Shown: positions 1 to 8,372 of the stretch, piece after piece
Numbering within the stretch: position 1 is the first letter of the stretch
Layout of the letters: each line of letters begins with the position of its first letter
Virus record (IMG/VR): IMGVR_UViG_3300018080_000002
Location: 64,001 to 128,000 of that record
DNA length: 64,000 nucleotides
From: a virus
Reading direction: 5' to 3' (one strand)
The notes under the pieces: generated by a model
The model's input: the letters and a program-made list of their open reading frames with translations, nothing else
Database searches by the model: none
What the model was told of the DNA's origin: nothing
Position numbers and translations under genes: made by a program

Positions 1-504
1 TTCGCTGTCAAGGGATCGTATGTTGAGGTGGGGTGTTTACGAGGTCGAAGCTTGATTTCGGCTGCATTTCAAAATGATTCAACCAAGTGTATCGGTATCG
101 ATAATTTCAGCGAATACGATCATAATAATGAAAACGAGACAGCATTGTTGCAGAACATTAAGAACAGCGGACAAAAAAACATCAAATTTTTTAATGGTGA
201 TTATAGAGAGATATTGAGCGAGATATTAGATTTTAAGTCAGTAGATGTTTACTTTTATGATGGACCGCATAGATATCAAGATCAACTTGATGGATTAGAA
301 ATTATGCTTCCCTATTTTAAGGATAAATGTGTCATAATTGTAGATGATGTTTGTTGGTCTAATGTTGCAAGGGCAAACGATGATTTTTGTTTGAAACATG
401 CTGATTTTAAGCAGTTTGTTAGGGTTGCGCCTCATGATGGCACATTCCCACATGGGCAATGTCCATGGTGGAATGGATTTGAGATCATATATAGGGATGT
501 ATGA
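1..504 (+). CDS. Class I SAM-dependent methyltransferase (Methyltransf_24-like), 5' truncated
   Basis: Frame open from base 1 (YVEVGCLRGRS motif I); GIDNF, YFYDGPH.Y and IIVDDVCW motifs. Confidence 0.8.
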   Translation, partial: FAVKGSYVEVGCLRGRSLISAAFQNDSTKCIGIDNFSEYDHNNENETALLQNIKNSGQKNIKFFNGDYREILSEILDFKSVDVYFYDGPHRYQDQLDGLEIMLPYFKDKCVIIVDDVCWSNVARANDDFCLKHADFKQFVRVAPHDGTFPHGQCPWWNGFEIIYRDV

Positions 505-534
505 TGCAATAAAATATAAGAATGGAGGCTTATC

Positions 535-696
535 ATGTCATTGACCTTAGCTAAAATATTAATGTTTTTGGTAACTAATAGTGTTTGTAAGAAAATGGCC
601 GCTGTTCTCATCGAAAGAGGAGTTAAATCTACAAAGACTAAACTTGATGACGACATGGCTGAACCTGTTTTAAAATTTCTTCGAGATGAGTTATAG
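535..696 (+). CDS. Small hypothetical protein (53 aa), not in ORF track
   Basis: GGAGG SD then ATG; MSLTLAKILMFLV...VKSTKTKLDDD...EL*. Confidence 0.65.
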   Translation: MSLTLAKILMFLVTNSVCKKMAAVLIERGVKSTKTKLDDDMAEPVLKFLRDEL

Positions 697-702
697 TAAT
701 AT

Positions 703-776
703 TGCGGTGTGGAGAAGTGGCTATCTCAGGGGTCTCATAATCCCCAGATCGTTCGGTTCGAGTCCGACCACCGCAA
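703..776 (+). tRNA. tRNA with CAT anticodon (Met or Ile2)
   Basis: Acceptor TGCGGTG/CACCGCA, D-loop AGTGG, anticodon arm GGGGT-CTCATAA-TCCCC, T-loop TTCGAGT; no encoded CCA. Confidence 0.9.
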
Positions 777-804
777 CTAATTCCGTTATTTCAGAATAGT
801 AAAC

Positions 805-833
805 TCGAAAGCGCATTCGCTTTATAGTATAAT
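805..833 (+). promoter_or_regulatory. Sigma70-like promoter overlapping a CGAAAGCGCATTCG palindrome
   Basis: TCGAAA-17 bp-TATAAT upstream of ORF 873. Confidence 0.5.
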
Positions 834-872
834 TCCATTGTTGATCAACAATTTTTTTGAAGGAGTGCAGTT

Positions 873-1976
873 ATGAGGCATTTAATTTTTCTGCTGTTGT
901 TGATGATCCCTTCGGGGTTATTGGCGCAGGAAATCGAAGAGGAGGAGTATCTTTTTTTACCGGAAAATGATCTCCATTTAGAGGATGGTTACAATGATTT
1001 GAATTTCATGGAAGATTCTGCGGAATTGAATTGTTGGCCTAAACCTCGACCAAAGCCGCCGAAACCTAAACCACCTTGTCCAAAACCTGATCCAGATCCA
1101 TGTCCACCAGATGATCCTGGTCAAGATCCACCACCTCCTTGTCCCGATCCTGATCCACCTTGTCCAAAACCTGATCCAAAACCTGATCCAGATCCATGTC
1201 CAAAGCCTAAGCCTCCGACATGCAATATCTCTGAAGCTGAGTTTAACGAGCTTTTAAGCAAGATGGAGAGCAAGTATAAGCCTATTTTTGAAGGGAATAA
1301 TTTCCGTTTAAGAGTAGAGCGAAAATGGGCTGATCCTACAGTGAATCTCAAGACATCCAGAGTTTTTGGTTATGTGGTTGTTAAAGCATATGGGGGTCTT
1401 GCTAGACGATGTGAGATCACCAGAGATGGTTTCGTATTAGCGATGTGTCATGAGTTTGGAAGATTCCTCGGAGGTTTTTCTAAGAATCGTTGGGGTCAAT
1501 CTGTAGCCGGACAGGGTGATTATTTCTCAACTCTGTCGTGTGGTAGAGAGATGTGGCGCAATGATTATGATGAGAACTCGGCTTACAAGTATAAGACTCC
1601 TGCTTACATTCAGAGCTTATGTGATGAGGTTTTCCATGATGAAAATTCAAGAAACCTCTGTAAGCGTCAGGTGATGGCGGGGAAGTCGATCGCTGACCTA
1701 ATGGCGGTACTTGAGAACAGTTATGTTGAGTTTGACAATCATGATTTTAGCGAAGTCGACAAGACATTAGATTGTCATCCGACCTCTCAATGCAGGATGG
1801 ATTCTTACATTGCTGGAGCCATCTGCAAAAAGAATTGGAATCCGCTTTATATTCCAAAAACAGAGCTAGAATCGGTAAATTATAGCTGTACCGAATATGG
1901 GGGGTATGTTTTAGGGATTAGACCGAAGTGTTGGTATAAGCCTACTCTTCCTTCGTGCAATGGTTCGGGATGCTAA
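873..1976 (+). CDS. Secreted Pro/Cys-rich zincin-like protein, probably catalytically inactive
   Basis: Signal peptide; PKPDPDPCP repeats; YGGLAR...CHEFGR...AGQGDYF...RPKCWYKP, with HExxH and EGQADY degenerate. Confidence 0.65.
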   Translation: MRHLIFLLLLMIPSGLLAQEIEEEEYLFLPENDLHLEDGYNDLNFMEDSAELNCWPKPRPKPPKPKPPCPKPDPDPCPPDDPGQDPPPPCPDPDPPCPKPDPKPDPDPCPKPKPPTCNISEAEFNELLSKMESKYKPIFEGNNFRLRVERKWADPTVNLKTSRVFGYVVVKAYGGLARRCEITRDGFVLAMCHEFGRFLGGFSKNRWGQSVAGQGDYFSTLSCGREMWRNDYDENSAYKYKTPAYIQSLCDEVFHDENSRNLCKRQVMAGKSIADLMAVLENSYVEFDNHDFSEVDKTLDCHPTSQCRMDSYIAGAICKKNWNPLYIPKTELESVNYSCTEYGGYVLGIRPKCWYKPTLPSCNGSGC

Positions 1977-1984
1977 TTCATGTC

Positions 1985-2011
1985 AGGAGGTCCGGTTAAA
2001 TCGGACCTCCT
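1985..2011 (+). terminator. Hairpin, probable terminator
   Basis: AGGAGGTCCGG-TTAAA-TCGGACCTCCT right after the stop; weak U tract. Confidence 0.55.
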
Positions 2012-2186
2012 ATGTACTGGCATATCGTATTTCTGTATGATAGTTTTGTTTGATGTTTTTTAATTTGTAAGCAGAGGTTGTTATGACGTTGAATGATAGT
2101 TTTATTTTAGACTTTCTTTCCAAAAACGCTTACCAGAATTTTTATATTGGAAAATTTATGTTGTAAGAGGAGCGCATAAGAGGGCT

Positions 2187-2387
2187 GTGAATATGTGGAC
2201 ATGGTTAAAAAAGAATTTTATAGACATTCAGGATGAGGAGCTGTTGGCAGAGATTCAAAAGGTTGTTGAGGATGAGGAGCTTTTGAAGAAAAGAAAAAAG
2301 TTGGCAGTATCTAAGTTTGAGAAATTTTTGAAAGAGGGTGGAGCGTTGGCATCTGGCATGTCTCCCAGTGATGACGTTTTAGTATGA
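2187..2387 (+). CDS. Hypothetical protein
   Basis: ORF with SD-like GAGGG. Confidence 0.55.
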   Translation: MNMWTWLKKNFIDIQDEELLAEIQKVVEDEELLKKRKKLAVSKFEKFLKEGGALASGMSPSDDVLV

Positions 2388-2400
2388 TTGGGAATAGAGG

Positions 2401-2925
2401 ATGATTGGAAAATCAAAAGGCTATAGTATGATTTATCACTCTGAAACTGCTAAAATAAGACATAGAATCGATAAATATTTGTTTGAAAAATCAGTGATTG
2501 ATATCGGATGTGGTCCAGACAAAGTTACTCTGGACGCTTTCGGTGTTGATGGTAGACCGCTAAATGGTATTGATTATGTGACGAAGGCGAGAAATGAGAT
2601 TTATCACTTGGATTCTATCCTTGATAAAAGGTTTGATGTTGTTTTTAGCTCTCATGTTCTTGAGCATCTGAAGAGGGATGTCCATGCTCTTAAATCCTGG
2701 TCTAATCTGTTGAATCCTGACGGAGTGATGTTGTTATATTTGCCTGATGATGACTGGTACGATAACGATACGAATCCAGAGCATGTTCAGAGGTATAAAT
2801 ATGTGGATTTTGTGAGGAGGTTCGACCAGTTTGGGGATATTGATTTTTTGGATGTAATAGAGCACTGGCCGGATGTTGGAAAAGATAGATATTCGTTTTT
2901 TGTGGCGTGTAAAAAAAGAATTTAG
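2401..2925 (+). CDS. Class I SAM-dependent methyltransferase
   Basis: IDIGCG, FDVVFSSHVLEH and LLNPDG motifs. Confidence 0.85.
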   Translation: MIGKSKGYSMIYHSETAKIRHRIDKYLFEKSVIDIGCGPDKVTLDAFGVDGRPLNGIDYVTKARNEIYHLDSILDKRFDVVFSSHVLEHLKRDVHALKSWSNLLNPDGVMLLYLPDDDWYDNDTNPEHVQRYKYVDFVRRFDQFGDIDFLDVIEHWPDVGKDRYSFFVACKKRI

Positions 2926-3206
2926 GTATCATCGTTCGGATATTCGATTCTAACGCATCCTGCGTTGCCCATACCGAAGTCGTTTAGAGGTTCATCTCCA
3001 TGAAATTCACCGATGATGTACCCTTCATAGTAAAGTATGTCGTCGTCGTCATACATGCGAAAATAAGATCCTTTTTTGATCTCATCTGGCTTTGCTGTAG
3101 AATCTCTCGGACCCTGCATCCCAACAGCATTACAATTACATGGTGGTTCCAGAGTCTTATCTGCGATATGATCTTTTGTGATGATCCAATCGTATTTTGA
3201 TTTCAT
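2922..3206 (-). CDS. Conserved phage hypothetical protein
   Basis: FRMYDDDDILYYEG...PLNDFG..NAGC..IEY motif; SD AGGAGA. Confidence 0.75.
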   Translation of the reverse strand: MKSKYDWIITKDHIADKTLEPPCNCNAVGMQGPRDSTAKPDEIKKGSYFRMYDDDDILYYEGYIIGEFHGDEPLNDFGMGNAGCVRIEYPNDDT

Positions 3207-3464
3207 TTATCTCTCCTTTTTTTCGTTAAAAATAATGGTTATAAAGGTCAGCATGTGTTTCCATCCAAATCCTTCCATTTGATATCGGTCCTTGGCATCG
3301 CATTTTTTACATATACGACCCCAAAAATCTTTACCGTTAACCGTTTTTACTGCTCGTTGAGACCCCTCCGTAGGTCGCCATTGCTGGCATTCAACGCATT
3401 TGATCTTGCTTGTATGGGCTGAGATTAGCTTTTCAATTTGTTGCTCATATGAATCTGTCATCAT
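3207..3464 (-). CDS. Zinc-finger hypothetical protein
   Basis: CVEC...CKKC; translationally coupled. Confidence 0.6.
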   Translation of the reverse strand: MMTDSYEQQIEKLISAHTSKIKCVECQQWRPTEGSQRAVKTVNGKDFWGRICKKCDAKDRYQMEGFGWKHMLTFITIIFNEKKER

Positions 3465-4063
3465 TCCCTCCCGCGAAAGCTTTGAGCAGGTTTATCACCA
3501 TAGTCAACGCCTGAGTTGCCTGATACCGTCAGAAAAAGAACATCGTATTTTTCGCTGTATTCAACTTTTTTAACGGTCATTTTATCTTCGTAAATAGTAT
3601 TGATCGTGATATCAACACCGTCATCTTCGCATCGAGCAGATCGCGGATAAACAGTGTGAGAAATATCAAAATCAATTTTAACATCGATTATATCGCCGAC
3701 TTTGATGTCTGGTCTATTGTCGTATGTTGACCATTCGTCAATTTCGATTCCTGAGATTTCATATTCGTACTCAGGAGCCTCCGCTGGTTCCCACCAGCTA
3801 CCCGATGATCCTGGTGTTGATCCGACTATTTCATGATCAGTTACTCCGACATTATAGTCTCTTAAATCATGTATGATTTTGTTATCCCAGTTGAGTAAGA
3901 GATAACTTTCCAAATCGGATATTTCTGGGTAAATATCTTGATAATCTTTCGCCAGTTTTTTTAACTTCGACCGTGTCATTGGCTCTGAGCCAAGTGTTTC
4001 GCTGGCTTTGATTTCGGATCGAAATTTGTCCAGAGCCTCTTGTTTAAGATTTGAGTTTTTCAT
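3461..4063 (-). CDS. Hypothetical protein
   Basis: 200-aa ORF with GGGAGA SD. Confidence 0.75.
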   Translation of the reverse strand: MKNSNLKQEALDKFRSEIKASETLGSEPMTRSKLKKLAKDYQDIYPEISDLESYLLLNWDNKIIHDLRDYNVGVTDHEIVGSTPGSSGSWWEPAEAPEYEYEISGIEIDEWSTYDNRPDIKVGDIIDVKIDFDISHTVYPRSARCEDDGVDITINTIYEDKMTVKKVEYSEKYDVLFLTVSGNSGVDYGDKPAQSFRGRE

Positions 4064-4102
4064 GAAGTTTCTCCCTTTTTGTTTTTAACGGTTTTTGCTG
4101 GT

Positions 4103-4549
4103 TTATTTAGATTTGGCTATTTCGATTTCACGCCAGATCAGACAATGTGATTGTCTCTGGCTGGTGTATTTGTCTTTGAGTTTCTGATAGCGTTTTTCTT
4201 CGTCTTTGAGTACTTCATCGCAGATACCTTTGTAAGAGATGCTTTTTTTGCCGAGTAATTCTTTGATTTTGAAATCTTCGATCTCTTCACCAGTGATCAA
4301 GCGTTTTAAGATGTTCATCTCGAAATCGGCTTTGTCGTTGAGCATTTCATGCAATTCGTTTTGGATTTTGCTTAATTTGAGTTCGAGTTTGTCGATGCCA
4401 GCTTGAGCCTTAAGTTTGGCTATTTTGGCTTCGATGTTAGCTTCCATTTTTGCTCGCTCGGTATTCAGATCTGCGATAGTGTCTACGAAAGCTTGGTACT
4501 TGTTAGTTTCTTGAAATTTGTCGACTTTTTTAACGTTTGATTTTTTCAT
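4103..4549 (-). CDS. Coiled-coil hypothetical protein
   Basis: AGGAG SD; heptad pattern. Confidence 0.75.
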   Translation of the reverse strand: MKKSNVKKVDKFQETNKYQAFVDTIADLNTERAKMEANIEAKIAKLKAQAGIDKLELKLSKIQNELHEMLNDKADFEMNILKRLITGEEIEDFKIKELLGKKSISYKGICDEVLKDEEKRYQKLKDKYTSQRQSHCLIWREIEIAKSK

Positions 4550-4617
4550 ACTTTGGCTCCTAGTTTGATGTGAATATTAAAAATTTCTTTAAAACCGTCC
4601 ATGGTTTAAAGTAGTTT

Positions 4618-5595
4618 CTATGGTTTTATGGGCTTTATGGGTTCAGGAAATATTCCAGCATTGGGGTCTAACTCATCAAGAAATACCTTCACTTTTTTCC
4701 CCTTCCTGGTGGTTTTCAATATGGCATGGCCGATCTCTCTTTCGAGTTTAGCCATCCGGTTGAAAGCTTCAGGGTTGGTTTTTCGGACGGTATTCCAGTA
4801 TCCTGCTCCACCTTTGGGACAGCCAACGCAGTTGTTGTTGCAGAACGAGTTATAATTTTCTGGAAGATCAATTCCCAGGCTCTTGAGTATCCAGAAACAA
4901 TTTGCTTTGGATAAGCCATTTTCAATTAGTGGAGTCTCGACTTTTCGGTCTGGATTTCGTGCTTGGAAGTCCTGGCATCTTTTACATTCTGAGTTGTCGT
5001 ATCCGAATATCTCTTTTTTGACGTTCGGGATGAGTGAAAAAATGAGGTCATTAACCTCTCGTTTTAATATTCTTGTGCAGGGACAGCCTTTAGGCGATTT
5101 GATGAATCGCACTTTTTTGATCACTTCCCAGTGATCATTAAATCCCTGCTCGTTTTTCACTGTATCGATAACGACTTTTTTTCCTGCAATTCTTGAGTAC
5201 AGTTTTTGACACTGTTGCATGAATCGAAGGTTGTCTGGCTTTGACGCTGTTCCTGGGTCTATGCAGAGTATTTTTACGTTGTCTGCGCCATATTTTTCTA
5301 TGGCAAGCTTGCAAGCGACTGCGGAGGTTGCGCCAGCAGAGAACCATGCTATGACTGTGGATGTAGTAATAGCAATGAGCAAGTTTTTCAGTTTTTGAAC
5401 TGATACTCCAAGGATTTTTGCGAATTGACGCAATCGATTCAATGGCGGTCTTTTTATCCAGCCAGTTTCGATCTGGCCGATAGTAGATGCAGAGATTCGA
5501 TCGTTCTCATCCATTTTTTCGCTGAACTCTTTTCGTGAAAGATTTAGTTTTTCCCTTTTCTCTCGAATAAATTGCCCTAATTTTGTGGTTTTCAT
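4618..5595 (-). CDS. XRE-family HTH fused to PAPS-reductase-like (PP-loop) domain
   Basis: LGQFIREKREKLNLSRKEF..IGQIETG HTH; AWFSAGATSAVA PP-loop; CTRILKR; NNNCVGCPKGGAGYW. Confidence 0.85.
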   Translation of the reverse strand: MKTTKLGQFIREKREKLNLSRKEFSEKMDENDRISASTIGQIETGWIKRPPLNRLRQFAKILGVSVQKLKNLLIAITTSTVIAWFSAGATSAVACKLAIEKYGADNVKILCIDPGTASKPDNLRFMQQCQKLYSRIAGKKVVIDTVKNEQGFNDHWEVIKKVRFIKSPKGCPCTRILKREVNDLIFSLIPNVKKEIFGYDNSECKRCQDFQARNPDRKVETPLIENGLSKANCFWILKSLGIDLPENYNSFCNNNCVGCPKGGAGYWNTVRKTNPEAFNRMAKLEREIGHAILKTTRKGKKVKVFLDELDPNAGIFPEPIKPIKP

Positions 5596-5612
5596 ATCCC
5601 TCTCCTATATTT

Positions 5613-5656
5613 GCGTTTCGTTTTAAAACTCATCAGTGGTCGAAATGACCAGACGC
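5613..5656 (-). ncRNA. Type III hammerhead ribozyme
   Basis: Minus strand GCGUC^UGGUC-AUUUC-GACCA-CUGAUGA-GUU-UUAA-AAC-GAAACGC: full core, GUC cleavage triplet, stems I, II and III. Confidence 0.88.
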
Positions 5657-6025
5657 GACAGAGTTTTAAAGACTCTGAAAACTCTCTGTCCCTGACATCA
5701 CATTTCAAATGGAATAAAGACGCTGTTCTGAAGTACCTATCGTCAAATCTGACTAGGATCTGACGCTGGCTTACCAGTCTCAAGGTGTGATAGGACTGAC
5801 GATGATCGACTAACCATTTGCCCGTAAGGCTGGCCTCGGTTATCACCGTGGGTGTTTTAAGCCCAAATGATTGAATCCTTATGTCCGGTTGTTCAGGATC
5901 GGATTCGTTGGGGTGTCGGCAAGTTAGACCATCCTTGTAACCCCTGGGGATCGTGCATCATCCCCCCGTCATGTGATCTCAAACCGCTGATCGTACTACC
6001 CTTATTTACTCACCCTCACTGGCTT
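5657..6025 (-). ncRNA. Candidate large structured ncRNA or leader, ~370 nt
   Basis: GC-richer than its surroundings, with many nested helices; no convincing ORF. Confidence 0.6.
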
Positions 6026-6030
6026 TCTTA

Positions 6031-6076
6031 CTAACGATCGTTAGTTCTAACGAACGTTAGTAATAACGATCGGCAT
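6031..6076. promoter_or_regulatory. Three tandem palindromic operator-like repeats with 16-bp period
   Basis: CTAACGATCGTTAG (perfect palindrome), CTAACGAACGTTAG, ATAACGATCGGCAT. Confidence 0.7.
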
Positions 6077-6193
6077 TTTTTTTAAAAACTTTAGTTTTCT
6101 TAAAATATTTTTAAAGTTGTTGTAATTATGGGGAAAATTTGGGGTGAATTTGGGGAATTTTTTCTGAGGCCAAATTTTTGCGGTCAGTTTTTG

Positions 6194-6202
6194 TGATATA
6201 AT
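6194..6202 (+). promoter_or_regulatory. Extended -10 promoter
   Basis: TGATATAAT ~30 nt upstream of the SNase start. Confidence 0.45.
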
Positions 6203-6231
6203 TGAGGAAAGAATTATCACAGGAGGGATGT

Positions 6232-6711
6232 ATGAGGTTGATATCTTTACTAATTTTATCAATTAGTACCCATTTTATAGTCCCCTCTGAAATATTTGGC
6301 TATGATTTCAATAAGGTAGAGTATATTCGGAATTACGATGGCGATACGCTCAAAGTCAATATCAAGGGGATTCATCCCTTGTTGGGTCGAAATATCAGCA
6401 TTAGACTGGCTGATATCGATACAGCAGAGATCGGGGGATCTAAAAAATGTGAGCAGGAAATGGCGAAATTAGCGCAATCCTGCGTTGAAAATCTCATCAT
6501 AGGGTCTGATAGGGTTGATATCAAAAACGCGCAGAGAGGCAAGTATTTCCGCGTTGTGGCCGATGTTTATCTTGAGGGGTTTCATCTCAATACTTTGCTG
6601 CTGAAATTGGGGTTAGCGGTCCACTATAGCGGGGGGAAAAGACCGGATGTAGACTGGTGTGAAATGTTGGTCAAGGCGAAGCGGAATCGAGCACTCAATC
6701 GGTGTTTATAG
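6232..6711 (+). CDS. Thermonuclease (SNase-like) with signal peptide
   Basis: YDGDTL, IRLADIDTAE and GKYFRVVA motifs; AGGAGG SD before ATG 6232. Confidence 0.9.
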   Translation: MRLISLLILSISTHFIVPSEIFGYDFNKVEYIRNYDGDTLKVNIKGIHPLLGRNISIRLADIDTAEIGGSKKCEQEMAKLAQSCVENLIIGSDRVDIKNAQRGKYFRVVADVYLEGFHLNTLLLKLGLAVHYSGGKRPDVDWCEMLVKAKRNRALNRCL

Positions 6712-6714
6712 CAC

Positions 6715-6975
6715 ATGCAGGAGGAATCGTTTTGTCGGTTGGTTTATGCCAGCGAGTCGATCAAAGCGTTTTTTTATATCTCTGGTGTGCGGAGAGTGAT
6801 ACCGAGAACTCAGGGTGTCAAAACCCGCCAGCGATTTCGTTTTTACCCCAAAAAACGCCTCATGACAGAGTACCGATTTTTCAAAAAGCGCAGAAAACAG
6901 TCTTACATGGGTCTGATTGAGATAGACGAGAGAGTTTTCGATTATGAGATTGAAGAGGATGATGACGATGAGTAG
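6715..6975 (+). CDS. Hypothetical protein
   Basis: ORF with acidic C-terminal tail. Confidence 0.5.
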   Translation: MQEESFCRLVYASESIKAFFYISGVRRVIPRTQGVKTRQRFRFYPKKRLMTEYRFFKKRRKQSYMGLIEIDERVFDYEIEEDDDDE

Positions 6976-7026
6976 GATTCTTTTTTGGCTCTTTACGGGA
7001 TACTTTCGAGATCTTTATTAGCTCTG

Positions 7027-7225
7027 AAAAAGAAACCAAAAAATCGCTCCAGCCATCCAAAAAATCGCGCAACCAACAAAAACATATAAAGAAAAAATTC
7101 AGAAAATCGCGGAACCAAAAAATTCCAACAAATATTTCCATTTACCCCCCAAACAAAAAGTCGCGCAACCAAAAACAAAATACAACCGTTACGTAAAATG
7201 GATACAAACCACAAACCCTTCAATT
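7027..7225. repeat. A/C-rich region with repeated AAAA(A/G)TCGC(G/T)... units and A-tracts
   Basis: Four copies: AAAAAATCGCTCC, AAAAAATCGCGCAACC, GAAAATCGCGGAACC, AAAAAGTCGCGCAACC; local skew inversion. Confidence 0.6.
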
Positions 7226-7355
7226 AAACCCTAATCTACTGTAACATAAGAGTTGAAGAGGAATAACTTACTAAGATACAGTAACAAGTAGATGTTACTA
7301 TGTCAGCATTACGCAAATGGAAGAAACAGTATGACTACACAGATAAGAGCTTAAT

Positions 7356-8372
7356 ATGACGGATGATATCAAAAAAAGGATCTTCCCAGATGGTAAGAGG
7401 AATAGGAAGAAATTAGAGGATAAACAGGACGCTTATGCGAAAATACTGGAGGAACAGCATGAACGAGTGAAGGAGATGAGGCGAAATAAAAAGATTATTA
7501 AGGGTGCTGAGATTGAGGATTCTTTGAAGCGTAATAAGGCTCATCACTCTAAGAAAAAGCAGTCATCGAAAAAGCAAACGATGTTTGATTATGGCATTCG
7601 ACCTTCAAAGCTAGAGAAATTGAAATGTTTCCCAGAGGTCGTTAGCCTTATAAAAACGGGATATCCTGCAACTGCGATCGCAAAATATATCCGTGAGGAG
7701 AGGAAAGAGTATACTGATGTTTCATTTGATGCTGTATATAAAGCGGTTCGCACATTCATTCATAAGATGCCTCCTGGAGAGGTGATTCGAGAGCGATTGC
7801 CTGGTTATTACAACACGGTTATGAACTCTATCGAAGATCAGATTGATGGAGTGAAAGCCTTGAGCGACTTGTTTCACATTCAATTTGATAGGTTGATGAT
7901 CGATTATCAGAATGAGAAAAAGGTTAATAAGCTGATTGATAGCAATACCAAAAACGTCCAGGCTGCTACAGATATAGCTTATAAACTGGAGGAGGTTCGT
8001 TATCGATTAGTTGGTCATCATGCGCGATATGGTGTTAAAGTAGAGTCAGATAAGCCATCTACAGAGGATCAATTGAGGGATATTCGTGGTAAGATTTCTC
8101 AGAAATATGGTACTCGAATGGCTAATATTGCGTCTGATCCTATCCGCAGGAGAAAGCTCTTAAATATTTTTGAGAGGATCACGAATATCGGAGAGGATAG
8201 GTTTTTAGAGGTTATTAGTAAGTATAATGAGGATGATATTGAAACGATTGATGTAACGAATACATCTCAGGAGAACACAGATGACGAACGAACAGAGATC
8301 GTTGAAGGAAGTGGAGACAGCAACGGAGAGAACTCAGCAGAAAATGGAGGAGCTGAAACCGAGGCTACATAG
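7356..8372 (+). CDS. Putative terminase small subunit
   Basis: HTH-like segment, helical core, ETIDVT-type C-terminus; lies upstream of TerL. Confidence 0.45.
   Translation: MTDDIKKRIFPDGKRNRKKLEDKQDAYAKILEEQHERVKEMRRNKKIIKGAEIEDSLKRNKAHHSKKKQSSKKQTMFDYGIRPSKLEKLKCFPEVVSLIKTGYPATAIAKYIREERKEYTDVSFDAVYKAVRTFIHKMPPGEVIRERLPGYYNTVMNSIEDQIDGVKALSDLFHIQFDRLMIDYQNEKKVNKLIDSNTKNVQAATDIAYKLEEVRYRLVGHHARYGVKVESDKPSTEDQLRDIRGKISQKYGTRMANIASDPIRRRKLLNIFERITNIGEDRFLEVISKYNEDDIETIDVTNTSQENTDDERTEIVEGSGDSNGENSAENGGAETEAT

Noticed and set aside
5592-5846. 84-aa minus-strand ORF in the track
   Set aside because: No SD or recognisable protein features, and it overlaps the hammerhead and structured RNA, which explain the sequence better.
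6881-7223. Phe/Trp-rich minus-strand ORFs
   Set aside because: Both frames are by-products of the A-tract repeats and have no convincing SD.
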